Source of the DNA: Desulfatiglandales bacterium
Lineage (GTDB): Bacteria; Desulfobacterota; DSM-4660; Desulfatiglandales; HGW-15
Length of the DNA stretch: 64,000 bases
NCBI GenBank assembly: GCA_963667015.2
Contig: CAXXJJ010000001.1
Location: forward strand, 2,176,001 to 2,240,000
Direction: 5' to 3'
Made by a program: the position numbers and the translations under genes. This document shows, in pieces, positions 39,523 through 49,863 of this stretch. Under the pieces are notes generated by a model. It did no database searches. It was given only the letters and a program-made list of their open reading frames with translations, and was not told where the DNA came from. The stretch's first letter is position 1, and every line of letters starts with the position of its first letter.

Positions 39523-41688
39523 ATGAATAAAATAACATTAAAAACAGCAATCTGGCTTGCAACAGCGGCACTGGTTACTATTACCTTATTTTCCTGTGGC
39601 TCAGACAAGCCGGATAATACGGACAAGCAGGTTGATTCCGGTAAACCGGTTAATTCGGATAAATCCGGGGATTTTACTGTAAGGATAACGGACAAGCCCC
39701 TGACATTCTGCAATCCCCTTAATATTGCGGTCGGGTCGGAAAGGGCGCGAAGGGCAGGGGAGCCTGTCGTAGTCCTTCACCAGGATGATTATTACCTCTT
39801 TATTACCGGCGGAAGGGGTTACTGGTATTCCGGTAATATGAGAGACTGGACCTATGTTGAGGCGCCGATGCTTCCATGGGGTTGTCCTTCTGTCGTGAGT
39901 GACGGTGAAAAATTAATCTATTCCGGGGACAAAGGCCAGCATGAAGTGTTTGCAAGCACTGACCCGAAGAAGGGTGCCTGGACAAAAGTCGGTGAATACC
40001 AGCGGGATTACGGCGATGCTGACATGTTTATCGATGATGACGGCCGGTATTATATGTACTGGGGCTGGTCACAGCTTTTACCCTTTCAGGCGGTTGAACT
40101 GGATCCGGATAACGGATTTAAGGAAAAGGGAGAGCCTGTAACACTGTTCTTCGGCGATTATGAGTCACACGGCTTTGAAAGGCGAAGGAACGAAGATGTG
40201 ATTTTCCCGTTTTTTGACCATAGAGAATACTTCCCTGAAGAATCACCATGGATAGAAGGGCCGTGGATGATAAAACACAAGGGGAAATATTATCTGCAGT
40301 ATGCAGCGATCGGTCTTGAATTTTTAACCTATTCCCATGGTGTATATGTTGGTGACAGCCCTCTCGGGCCCTTTAAATATTCACCCCATAATCCCCTGAC
40401 ATTCAAGACAACCGGGTTTGCCCCGGGGGCAGGTCATGGCAGCACCTTTCACGATAAAAACGGGCAGCTATGGACCATCTGTATGATTCCTTCATTCTAT
40501 GGAGGAAGGGGAGGCGGTGAGATCGTTCTGTTTCCTACTGCCGTGGATGCCGAGGGTGTAATGCATTCCAATACGGCATTCGGCGATTATCCCCAGTACC
40601 ATCCCGGTATAAAGGAGAATGCGGTTGATAATAACTTTACCGGATGGATGCTTCTGTCCCTTAAAAAATATGTAGAGGTGTCATCCTCCATTAAAGGTTT
40701 CGGACCGGAAAATGCCGTGGATGAAAATTTCATGACTCACTGGGCGGCCGCAACCGGTGACCCGGGAGAATATATGACCGTGGATCTGGGAAAGGAATGC
40801 GATATATATGCCCTGCAGGTCAATTTTGATCAGCATGATGCAAAGGTGGAAGGATCGGGCTTCGGTTTTGGCATGGGCGGTAAAAACCTTACCCGCTACC
40901 AGTCATATACGATCCTCGTATCAGATGATAACAAAAACTGGTCCATGCTTATTGATAAAAGCAATAATCCAGAAGATCTGAGGCATGATTACATGGAGCT
41001 TTCAGAACCGGTAAAGGCAAGGTACGTAAAACTGGCCAATGTCTTTACTCATGACGAAGGAAAATTTGCAGTAAAGGATTTTCGTATATTCGGTAACCCG
41101 GATGCCGCCGGGATTACAGAGGTTAAGGATGTGATGATTGTCCGCGATCCGGATGATCCCCGTGATGTGACCCTGACCTGGCAGCCGGTTAAAGGGGCAG
41201 ACGGCTACGTGGTCCGCTACGGTATTGAGCCTGAAAAACTATATAACAACTATATGGTTTATGACGGCTATTCCCTGACTATCCACAGCCTTAACAGGGA
41301 TGAAAAGTATTATTTCAAGGTTGAGGCATTTGACAGCGGAACGGATTATTACAGGGAAAGAACAGAGCGGACCATGGGAAGGGGAGCGGAAATTGAGTTT
41401 CTCAGAGGACGGGAAATGGTTGAAAGAAAGATGATTATTGAAGATATAAATGAGTATGTCTTTGAAAATGTTGTCCCTGGTGAATATACATTAAGGCATA
41501 CCTTCGGTCCTGTAATGTGGAGTGGAGAGCTTACCAAAGCCCATTTGATCGGACCAGGTAATCAGGCTACGATAACAGAGTTTCTTTCCGATCTTGGAAC
41601 AGGGACAGAAATTCGCGGAAAAATGGATATGCAGATCATTCCCGGAAAAGAGAGCGGTAAATTAATAGTGACTTTAAGATATGATTAA
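39523..41688 (+). CDS. GH43 glycosidase lipoprotein with F5/8 (CBM32-like) and Fn3 domains
   Basis: LFSC lipobox; FCNPLN, FIDDDGRYY, WIEGPWM, GAGHGS. Confidence 0.88.
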   Translation: MNKITLKTAIWLATAALVTITLFSCGSDKPDNTDKQVDSGKPVNSDKSGDFTVRITDKPLTFCNPLNIAVGSERARRAGEPVVVLHQDDYYLFITGGRGYWYSGNMRDWTYVEAPMLPWGCPSVVSDGEKLIYSGDKGQHEVFASTDPKKGAWTKVGEYQRDYGDADMFIDDDGRYYMYWGWSQLLPFQAVELDPDNGFKEKGEPVTLFFGDYESHGFERRRNEDVIFPFFDHREYFPEESPWIEGPWMIKHKGKYYLQYAAIGLEFLTYSHGVYVGDSPLGPFKYSPHNPLTFKTTGFAPGAGHGSTFHDKNGQLWTICMIPSFYGGRGGGEIVLFPTAVDAEGVMHSNTAFGDYPQYHPGIKENAVDNNFTGWMLLSLKKYVEVSSSIKGFGPENAVDENFMTHWAAATGDPGEYMTVDLGKECDIYALQVNFDQHDAKVEGSGFGFGMGGKNLTRYQSYTILVSDDNKNWSMLIDKSNNPEDLRHDYMELSEPVKARYVKLANVFTHDEGKFAVKDFRIFGNPDAAGITEVKDVMIVRDPDDPRDVTLTWQPVKGADGYVVRYGIEPEKLYNNYMVYDGYSLTIHSLNRDEKYYFKVEAFDSGTDYYRERTERTMGRGAEIEFLRGREMVERKMIIEDINEYVFENVVPGEYTLRHTFGPVMWSGELTKAHLIGPGNQATITEFLSDLGTGTEIRGKMDMQIIPGKESGKLIVTLRYD

Positions 41689-41887
41689 TCCCACTCACGG
41701 GATATATGTAAATGGGGGCTGGTGATCAGTCCCCATAGCCTGACTGTGTTGTTGACATTAAGTCGGGTATGGGTAGAATAGGAGACATTGAAATCTTTAT
41801 GCTCGGATTTCTTCCTTACGTCAGTATTTTCTTGTTTAAGATTGTCAAAGCCACATCCTGAAACCCGCTTCAAACAGGAGGTAATGT

Positions 41888-43648
41888 ATGAAAATCAAAA
41901 GTAGTTTTCTCATAATACTCTCATCCATTTTTCTTTTGACTGTAATCTTATCCGGCTGTGGCGACAGCACAGAATCTACCGGGAACCAACAGGAGAAGCC
42001 TTTAAAAGATGTTGAACCCGCAGAAGAAGTTATGGAGATGCTCAAGGATCTTTGCGACATCGCCGGGTATGGCATCAATTCCGGGATACAGACACAGCCT
42101 AAAGCAGATCAGGCTGCCAGCTATATCCTTAAAAGGCTTAAGGAGTATGGTGTACAGGCCAAACTGGAACCGATTACAGTGAACAGTCCCTATCCCGAGA
42201 AATTTGAACTTACAGTCGAAATCGACGGTCAGAACCGCAGGACACTGACCTGTTTTCCGTTACAATGGACTGTTGGGACCCCGGAAGAAGGAATTAAAGG
42301 TAAGCTCGCCTATGCAGGTGACGGATCTGCTTCCAATTTTGATCTTGTTGATGTTAAAGACAAAATCGTGTTGATAGACGAGAAAATGATGCGGGGTTAT
42401 AGTCCTACCGGAAGGGCGAATGATGCAGTTATTACCGCAAAAGACAAGGGCGCTATCGGTGTAATTCGGGCCGGCCTGCAGGTTGATAGTCCGCAATTCC
42501 AAAAGGGCGACCCGACAATGCCGCCTGATATCTTCCCGATCCCGGTCTTCTCTGTTGGCAGGAGCGTGGGGGATTATCTAAGGAGCCTTGCAACATCTTC
42601 TGCGCCTCCCAATGTCAGGATGGTGCTCAAGGCACCGCAAAAAACATTTAAGGCCCATAATGTTGTTTTTGAATTGCCAGGAAACGGAAGTATGGATGAG
42701 GTAATTTTAGCAGGCACACACTATGATACCGGAATGTTTACCGGCGCTGTTGATAATAATGGCAGTGTAGCCCTGATGATAGCCTGGGCAAAATACTTTG
42801 CTCATAAACCCAGAGAATCAAGAAACCGTGAAATGATCTTCGCATGGTGTTTTGGGCATGATTTTGACAACAATACAGGCCACTACCAGTTTGCCGAGGC
42901 GCATAAGGCCCAACTGGAAAAGGCAATAGTGTGGGACGTGGACCATGCCATTGGCGGTACAAGGTATATGTATGACGAAATCAAAGGCAAAATAGCGCCA
43001 ACTGACAAAACCAACGAATTTTATATTATTTCAAACAACTATACTTTTTCCAGGCTTGCAGCATTCACAATGGATAAGTATGGATTCGTATGCACCCAGA
43101 ACCGTTTTAATTCTATCGGCTCCGGACCCCAGTGGGGTATTGCACCGTCGACAAGACCCTGGGTCAATGTGGCGACTATTCCCATTTACTATCATTCCAT
43201 TCTTGATACACCGGAAAAGGTTACACTTGATCAGGCAAGGCGAGCTTATGCTGCACATATAGAAATCCTAGAGAATATTGACCGGACACCGGAGGGATTC
43301 CTTGAATACGATAACATCAGCAAGACACGTCCGAACAGACCTCCGGAAGTAAGAATCGAAATATTATCAGACAAGGTAAGGGTGGGAGATCTTGTGCTGG
43401 TGTGGAATGATTCATACTTTTTTAATGATGACAAGACATCTTATCATCATCCGGCGCTGCCTGAATGGGCTGGCAGCACATGGGACTGGGGAGATGGTAC
43501 TCCTGTTACAATTGGTGGTCCAATGGTCGATCATGTCTATGAAAATCCCGGAACCTATACAATTACATTCAAGTTTACCGATACTGAAGGAGCAACAACT
43601 ACGGCTATTAAGGACGTCAGGGTTTTGCCATTGCAGTCAGATAAATAG
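41888..43648 (+). CDS. Peptidase M28-like lipoprotein with PA and PKD domains
   Basis: LSGC; GTHYD, GAVDNNGSVA, YYHS; WDWGDG, HVYENPGTY. Confidence 0.8.
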   Translation: MKIKSSFLIILSSIFLLTVILSGCGDSTESTGNQQEKPLKDVEPAEEVMEMLKDLCDIAGYGINSGIQTQPKADQAASYILKRLKEYGVQAKLEPITVNSPYPEKFELTVEIDGQNRRTLTCFPLQWTVGTPEEGIKGKLAYAGDGSASNFDLVDVKDKIVLIDEKMMRGYSPTGRANDAVITAKDKGAIGVIRAGLQVDSPQFQKGDPTMPPDIFPIPVFSVGRSVGDYLRSLATSSAPPNVRMVLKAPQKTFKAHNVVFELPGNGSMDEVILAGTHYDTGMFTGAVDNNGSVALMIAWAKYFAHKPRESRNREMIFAWCFGHDFDNNTGHYQFAEAHKAQLEKAIVWDVDHAIGGTRYMYDEIKGKIAPTDKTNEFYIISNNYTFSRLAAFTMDKYGFVCTQNRFNSIGSGPQWGIAPSTRPWVNVATIPIYYHSILDTPEKVTLDQARRAYAAHIEILENIDRTPEGFLEYDNISKTRPNRPPEVRIEILSDKVRVGDLVLVWNDSYFFNDDKTSYHHPALPEWAGSTWDWGDGTPVTIGGPMVDHVYENPGTYTITFKFTDTEGATTTAIKDVRVLPLQSDK

Positions 43649-43665
43649 TTAAAAGGAGTCAACCT

Positions 43666-45759
43666 ATGAAAATCAAAAGGAATTTTATTTTTGTGCTTTT
43701 CTTTGTTTTTCTCTTAATCACCGGCCTGTCAGGCTGTGGTGACAGTTCAATATCTACAGGTGACCATCAGGAAAAGTATCCAGAAAATCAGGAAGATAAG
43801 AATGTGGTAAAACCTGTGAAATTTGTCATTGAACCTCCGACTCTCATATGCCTTGGATTTGAGTGGTATATTGAGGGGGATGCCAACCATAATGCCACTG
43901 TTGAAGTACGGTACAGAAAAAAGGGCGAAAATTCCTGGAAAGAGGCCCTGCCTCTTTTAAGAATCCAGAATGAAGAATGCATTGATACTTTTTCAGTAAA
44001 CTGGATCGATTATGTGACGCCGAACCTGTTTGCCGGAAGCATAATGGATCTTCAGCCTGATACGGATTATGAGTGTAAATTTACTCTTTCTGATCCGGAT
44101 GGTGTTCATGGTAATGGTAAAGATGGATCTTTACAGAACCAAAAAGTCCTTACTGTGCGAACACGTCCAGAGCCGAAACCTGCAGAGGGCGGCAAGGTTT
44201 ACCATGTCTACCCCTGGGATCATACCGGAACTAAAGAAGAACCTAATTTTATAAATCTTATGCAGGCCTATTATGCGGGCGGAGGGTGTACTGCGGACTG
44301 GTGGAATGTTGCCCCACCCCGGGTCCAGCCGGGAGATACCATACTGATTCATGAGGGAGTTTACAAAGAGGACTGGACTTTTTACGGGGCGGACATCTGG
44401 AAACAGGGGCAGGGCGCTAAATTCTCAGGGACTTATTTCCTGACCCAGAAAGGAACTCCTGAAAAGCCCATTGTCATAAAGGCTGCAGAAGGAGAAAAGG
44501 TGGTCTTTGACGGAAACGGCAACTTCAACCTTTTCAATGTTATGGCCGCGGATTACCATCATTTTGAAGGACTGATCATCCGTAATACCGATGTTGCATT
44601 CTGGGCCGGACAGAAAAGGATAACCGGATGCAAAGGCTTAACAGTCAAAAGATGCCGAATTGAGAATATCGATAAAGGAATTCATTCCGAATGGTCGGGC
44701 TCAAAGAATTTCTATATTGCTGATAACGAATTTATCGGGAGGCATGACCAGAGTAAAATACATTCATGGTTTCTTAAGAGTGAAAGAACACCTGTACTGC
44801 TTTTCCCCTATGAAAAATGTCTGTCCGAGTATGCCGTCAAACTGGCCGGGGAGGGTCATGTTATATGTCATAATTATGTCGCACATTTTCATAATGGAAT
44901 ATGTCATGCCACATACGGTGTCCCCGATGGCTATCCCGCATACGGTCATCCGGATGTTTATCCGGTTGATGAAGTGCTGAAAGAAGACAGGATGTTCAGG
45001 GCAAATGACTTTTATAACAATTTTATTCAAAACGTGCATGATAATGCCATAGAGACAGACGGAAGCATGTATAATATTCGTGTCCTGCGCAACTACTGCA
45101 TTGACGGAGCAGCCCAGGCCCTTAGTTCACAAACCCTTTACGGCGGGCCGGTATATTTTATACGCAATATTATATACCATGGCTCAAACACGGGTTTTAT
45201 AAAACATGCAAATCACCCATCGGGATCCATCTATTATCATAATACAGCAATTGCAAACGTGAATGCAGGCGCGGGATCAAACTATCATTTCAGGAATAAT
45301 CTCATTCTAAACTGGATGCCTGAAGCGCCTGTTTTCTCTGTAGATACTTTTTCCAATTACACATCATCTGATTATAACGGCTTTCGACTTGCCCCGGACG
45401 CGGAGTATTCCTTTGGATGGAACTCGCCTCCCTTTGATAATCAAAAGGACTATAAAAATCCAGGGGAAGAGCGGAAATATAAGACCCTCGCAGAATACAG
45501 CAGTGCCACAGGACAGGATGAACACAGCATACTCGTAGATTATGATATTTTTGAACGTGTTAATCCGCCTGTTTATCCTGATGAGATTACAAAAATATTC
45601 AGTGCCGATGAAATGGATTTTCGGCTTAAACCGGATTCTGCAGCCGTTGATGCTGCATGCATTATCCCGAATGTGAACGATGGCTTTTCTCGAGATGCTC
45701 CGGATCTCGGGGCTCTGGAGGCTGGTTTATCGATTCCTAACTATGGTCCGCGTTATTAG
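43666..45759 (+). CDS. Right-handed beta-helix lipoprotein (polysaccharide lyase-like fold)
   Basis: LSGC; PGDTILIHEGVY, GTPEKPIVIKA, DFRLKPDSAAVDA, PDLGALE. Confidence 0.8.
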   Translation: MKIKRNFIFVLFFVFLLITGLSGCGDSSISTGDHQEKYPENQEDKNVVKPVKFVIEPPTLICLGFEWYIEGDANHNATVEVRYRKKGENSWKEALPLLRIQNEECIDTFSVNWIDYVTPNLFAGSIMDLQPDTDYECKFTLSDPDGVHGNGKDGSLQNQKVLTVRTRPEPKPAEGGKVYHVYPWDHTGTKEEPNFINLMQAYYAGGGCTADWWNVAPPRVQPGDTILIHEGVYKEDWTFYGADIWKQGQGAKFSGTYFLTQKGTPEKPIVIKAAEGEKVVFDGNGNFNLFNVMAADYHHFEGLIIRNTDVAFWAGQKRITGCKGLTVKRCRIENIDKGIHSEWSGSKNFYIADNEFIGRHDQSKIHSWFLKSERTPVLLFPYEKCLSEYAVKLAGEGHVICHNYVAHFHNGICHATYGVPDGYPAYGHPDVYPVDEVLKEDRMFRANDFYNNFIQNVHDNAIETDGSMYNIRVLRNYCIDGAAQALSSQTLYGGPVYFIRNIIYHGSNTGFIKHANHPSGSIYYHNTAIANVNAGAGSNYHFRNNLILNWMPEAPVFSVDTFSNYTSSDYNGFRLAPDAEYSFGWNSPPFDNQKDYKNPGEERKYKTLAEYSSATGQDEHSILVDYDIFERVNPPVYPDEITKIFSADEMDFRLKPDSAAVDAACIIPNVNDGFSRDAPDLGALEAGLSIPNYGPRY

Positions 45760-45939
45760 TTTAAAAGATCTGCAACCTCAACAGCTATAGGAAATCCAGT
45801 AACAAAGTTTTTAAAAAAGACTTGAAATATATAACCTGAAGGAGTTAACTCAAGATTAGATACCTTTGCAAATGACTCTTGACTCCCGGTTCATGAAGTC
45901 ATAGAAGCCGGGGATAAGATAAACTAAAAAGGAGGAAAT

Positions 45940-46854
45940 ATGAAACGACTACTGATTGCAGGTAAAGTGATGACAGTTGCAATACTGCTGGGCCTTATAG
46001 CCGGAATATCGATGTCAGCGGATGAGCCGAAGCGCGCCGGCAAGAACTTTAAAGATTGTGCGATGTGCCCTGAGATGGTGGTTATTCCACCCGGAACATT
46101 CATCATGGGATCTCCTGAAGCTGAAAAATACAGGGAAGATGACGAGAGGCAGCACAAGGTCACGCTCGATTACTCCTTTGCGGTAAGTAAAGCCCCGATC
46201 ACATGGGATCAGTGGGAAGCCTGCGCTCGCGATGCCATGTGTGACGGACAGGCAGTGGAAACAGCGCTAAGGAAGTCAAACCAGGGCAAACCGGAGACTG
46301 AGGAATATGTGGATTATGGCCGAGGCAGCAAACCGGTTGTCGGCATTAGCTGGTGGGATGCCCAAGTGTTTGTCGGGTGGCTTAATAAAAAGACAGGCAA
46401 AGATCAATACAGGCTTTTGACCGAAGCGGAATATGAATATGCGGCACGCGCAGGCTCAACAACCGCCTACTGGTGGGGGGATGAACCCAGCCACGAGTAC
46501 GCCAATTTCGGAAGGGAAGCAGATCAGGAGTTGGGAGGAGCTGTTGAAGGTCGTGATGTATGGGGCGAGGAGACATCTCCGGTCTGTTCATTTCCTGTAA
46601 ACGGTTTTGGATTGTGTGACATGACCGGGAATGTCTACCAGTGGATCGAGGACTGCTACGAAGCTGACGGAAAAAAACTTCCTTCCGACGGATCGGCGGT
46701 AAAGAGCGGTAACTGCAATGTACGCGGATTCAGGGGTAATTCATTCATGAGTGACCCGAAATCTCTGCGTTCTGCAAACCGTGCCTTTGTTTATTCTCCA
46801 GATTCCCGGGGCCGCAGCTATCTCGGTATACGTGTTGCCAAAACCCTCGAATGA
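45940..46854 (+). CDS. Secreted FGE-sulfatase (SUMF1/CLec-fold) domain protein
   Basis: FKDCAMCPEMVVIPPGTFIMGS, YRLLTEAEYEYAARAG, NGFGLCDMTGNV. Confidence 0.9.
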   Translation: MKRLLIAGKVMTVAILLGLIAGISMSADEPKRAGKNFKDCAMCPEMVVIPPGTFIMGSPEAEKYREDDERQHKVTLDYSFAVSKAPITWDQWEACARDAMCDGQAVETALRKSNQGKPETEEYVDYGRGSKPVVGISWWDAQVFVGWLNKKTGKDQYRLLTEAEYEYAARAGSTTAYWWGDEPSHEYANFGREADQELGGAVEGRDVWGEETSPVCSFPVNGFGLCDMTGNVYQWIEDCYEADGKKLPSDGSAVKSGNCNVRGFRGNSFMSDPKSLRSANRAFVYSPDSRGRSYLGIRVAKTLE

Positions 46855-46876
46855 TTATGTGAGCAGGAGGGCATGT

Positions 46877-47802
46877 TCAATCTTTCAATTTTTTTTGCTG
46901 CTCTGATGAAACAACCGAATGCCCTCCGAATTCCCTTCTCAGGGCGGCCAGGACCCTGTCAGAAAATGAATTATCCTGTTGAGACCTGAACCTGCTCATG
47001 AGAGACAGGGTTATAACCGGAGCGGGTACTCCGCTTTCTACGGCCTGCTGAACGGTCCAGCGGCCCTCTCCCGAATCAGCCACTTTTCCTGCAATATAAT
47101 CCATTTCGGGATCTTCTTTAAAGGCCTTTTCTGCAAGTTCAAGAAGCCAGGAGCGTATAACGCTTCCCTGATTCCACAAGTGTGAAACTCTGGAATAATC
47201 CAGGGCTTCAGCATAGGGAGAATGTTTCAGGATATCGAATCCTTCGCCATAGGCCTGCATCATTCCGTACTCAATTCCATTATGCACCATTTTTACAAAA
47301 TGTCCTGCTCCCACGTCGCCGCAATGAAGATACCCTTCTTCCGGGGCAAGGGTCTTGAATAACGGCTCAAGAAAATTAAAAAGATCCTTTTCTCCCCTGC
47401 CATGGTGCAGTAACCGAGCTCATAGCCCCATATCCCCCCGCTTACACCGACATCCATGTAGCGTATTCCATGTTTTAAAAGGGCTTTATGACGGCGGATA
47501 TCATCTTTGTAAAAACTGTTGCCGCCTTCTATTATTATGTCATTCGGGGTGAGAAGTTCGGTCAGCTCTTTAATATGATCATCCACGGTTTGTCCTGCAG
47601 GCAGCATTATCCATATTATTCTGGGGGTGGTGAGTTTTTCTACCAGCTCTGTTAAAGAAAAGGCGCCTTCAGCACCTTCGGCCACTATCTGCTCCACCTT
47701 CTCCGGCGTTCTGTTGCAGGCGACTACCTCGTGCCCGCCTTCCAGCAACCGCTTTGCCATATTCATTCCCATACGGCCAAGGCCTATGAGTCCAATCCGC
47801 AT
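46877..47802 (-). pseudogene. gnd: Short-type decarboxylating 6-phosphogluconate dehydrogenase, -1 frameshift at 47394-47397
   Basis: IGLGRMG, DVGVSGG, GAGHFVKMVHNGIEYG, LRREFGGH; one extra G in the G4 run restores MAGGEKDLFNFLEP. Confidence 0.9.
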
Positions 47803-47867
47803 TTTCCCATCCTCCTTCTGCACTGAGCACTGGTACAAGGTGTAGAATAATTCTTTTCCTGAAAATA

Positions 47868-48362
47868 TTAAGTTTCTTTAAATTCTTTCATTGAATCAAT
47901 GATTTCATCGCAGATAAGGGCCGGAGAATTTTTAATATCAATTATCAGTGCCCTCTCCGGTTCTTCCAGTGTTTCAAACTGGCTGACCAGCATGCCTGAT
48001 TTCATATAATGGTTTCCCCTTTTATCCATCCGCTCCTTTATCAATGCATAACTTCCCCTTAGAAATATAAAATAACAGGGTTCCTTTACCTTGCTTACAA
48101 TCAATGCCCGTATAAATCCTGTAAGGGCAGAGCATGCAAGGATCTTATGTTTTTCAGAGGAGCAGTTTATGAAATCCGCTATTTTTTCTATCCAGGCCAC
48201 CCGGTCCAGGTCCGTTAAAGGAATGCCCTGAGTCATTTTTTTAATATTAACATCCGGGTGAAAATCATCTCCATCAAAAAAAGAGATGCCGGTTCGTTCC
48301 GACAACAGTTTTCCGACTGTTGTCTTACCGGAACCTGAAACCCCCATTAAAACTATCACCAT
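47868..48362 (-). CDS. gntK: Gluconokinase
   Basis: MGVSGSGKTT, DGDDFHP, ACSAL, SQFETLEEP. Confidence 0.93.
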   Translation of the reverse strand: MVIVLMGVSGSGKTTVGKLLSERTGISFFDGDDFHPDVNIKKMTQGIPLTDLDRVAWIEKIADFINCSSEKHKILACSALTGFIRALIVSKVKEPCYFIFLRGSYALIKERMDKRGNHYMKSGMLVSQFETLEEPERALIIDIKNSPALICDEIIDSMKEFKET

Positions 48363-48417
48363 TTTTATTCTCTACCTGTATTTTTACAGCGACAGTAAAT
48401 CACACTATGATCCGGGC

Positions 48418-49767
48418 CTACATTATAAACAGGCTTATTATATACACCACTAACAGTCCTGTTAAGGCCAGAATAGTTGTCATGACTGTCCAGGAGCTTA
48501 ATGTCTGCTGTTCTGAGAGACCAAAATAGCGGTTAACCAGCCAGAATCCCGAATCATTGACATGCGATAATATTGAAGCACCGGCGGAAATAGCTATTAC
48601 TATCAAACCCAGTGCCGGACCCTCTAATCTTAAAACAGAAATGATAGGGGAGATAATTCCCGCTGCTGTAATCATGGCCACGGTAGCCGATCCCTGGGCA
48701 ACACGGACAATAGCTGAAACAGTAAACGCCAGCAGTACCGTAGGCATTGAGGATGCCGCCATCATATTTGCCAGTACATCACCCACGCCGGAGTCTATCA
48801 GTACCTGTTTGAATACACCTCCGGCTCCTGTAATCAGGATAATAATACCCGCTGGTTCCAGTGCTTTGGTGGTGATTTTCTGAAGTTCCTCCCTGGAAAA
48901 GCCGTGTCTTGTACCCAGAAGAAAGGCCGCCAGCAGGGTAGCAATCAACAGTGCGATAAAAGGATGCCCGATAAACCCCAGAAAGGATTTTAAGGCCTTT
49001 AGATTTTCGCCTTCCAGCAGGATTCCCGATATTGTGTTCAGTAAAATCAGGAACAGTGGAATAAATATGATGATAAAAACCGTGGTAAATCCCGGCATCT
49101 TTTTTGAACCTGATTCTGTAACAGTTTGAAAGGTATCCGGGACTTCAGCATGGATTTTACGTGCAATATATCTGCCGAAAAATGGCCCTGAAATAATCAT
49201 GGCGGGAATGCCTGCAATTGCCCCGAACAGGATTACCCACCCCAGGTCGGCCTTTAATAATTCTGCCACGGCAATGGGGCCCGGTGTGGGAGGGATAAAA
49301 CTGTGGGTTACCACCAGGCCCGAAGCCAGTGGAATTCCATAATACAGCAGTGACCTTCCGCTTTTTTTCGAAAGCCCGTATACGAGCGGTACTAAAATAA
49401 TAAACCCCACATCAAAAAATACCGGAATGGCCACAATAAATCCTGTTATTCCCATTGCCCACTGGGCGTTGTCCTCCCCGAATTTATCCAGCAGGGTATT
49501 GGCAAGCCGCTCAATTCCTCCGGAAGCCTCAAGAATGCTGCCGAACATTGCGCCCAGTCCGACCACAATTGCAACAAACCCCAATGTTCCGCCCATTCCG
49601 TTTTTGATGGTATTAATGACATTTTCAAGGGGCATTCCCGATGCGATTCCAACCAGAGTGCTGACCAGCAACAGGGCAATAAAGGCCTGGAGTTTTGTTC
49701 GGATTATCAGAAATAACAGGAGTAATATTCCTGCTGCGGCAACAATAATAAGTGTAGTGTCTGTCAC
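48418..49767 (-). CDS. GntP-family sugar-acid:H+ symporter
   Basis: IPVFFDVGF, PPTPGP, QGSATVA, SHVNDSGFW. Confidence 0.93.
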   Translation of the reverse strand: MTDTTLIIVAAAGILLLLFLIIRTKLQAFIALLLVSTLVGIASGMPLENVINTIKNGMGGTLGFVAIVVGLGAMFGSILEASGGIERLANTLLDKFGEDNAQWAMGITGFIVAIPVFFDVGFIILVPLVYGLSKKSGRSLLYYGIPLASGLVVTHSFIPPTPGPIAVAELLKADLGWVILFGAIAGIPAMIISGPFFGRYIARKIHAEVPDTFQTVTESGSKKMPGFTTVFIIIFIPLFLILLNTISGILLEGENLKALKSFLGFIGHPFIALLIATLLAAFLLGTRHGFSREELQKITTKALEPAGIIILITGAGGVFKQVLIDSGVGDVLANMMAASSMPTVLLAFTVSAIVRVAQGSATVAMITAAGIISPIISVLRLEGPALGLIVIAISAGASILSHVNDSGFWLVNRYFGLSEQQTLSSWTVMTTILALTGLLVVYIISLFIM

Positions 49768-49863
49768 AATCCCTCCTGAAAATAGATGAGCATTTTTACC
49801 ACGAAGAGCACAAGGGGCACGAAGTTTTATTAAAAATATTTATCAAAAATTCTTTTAAATTAA

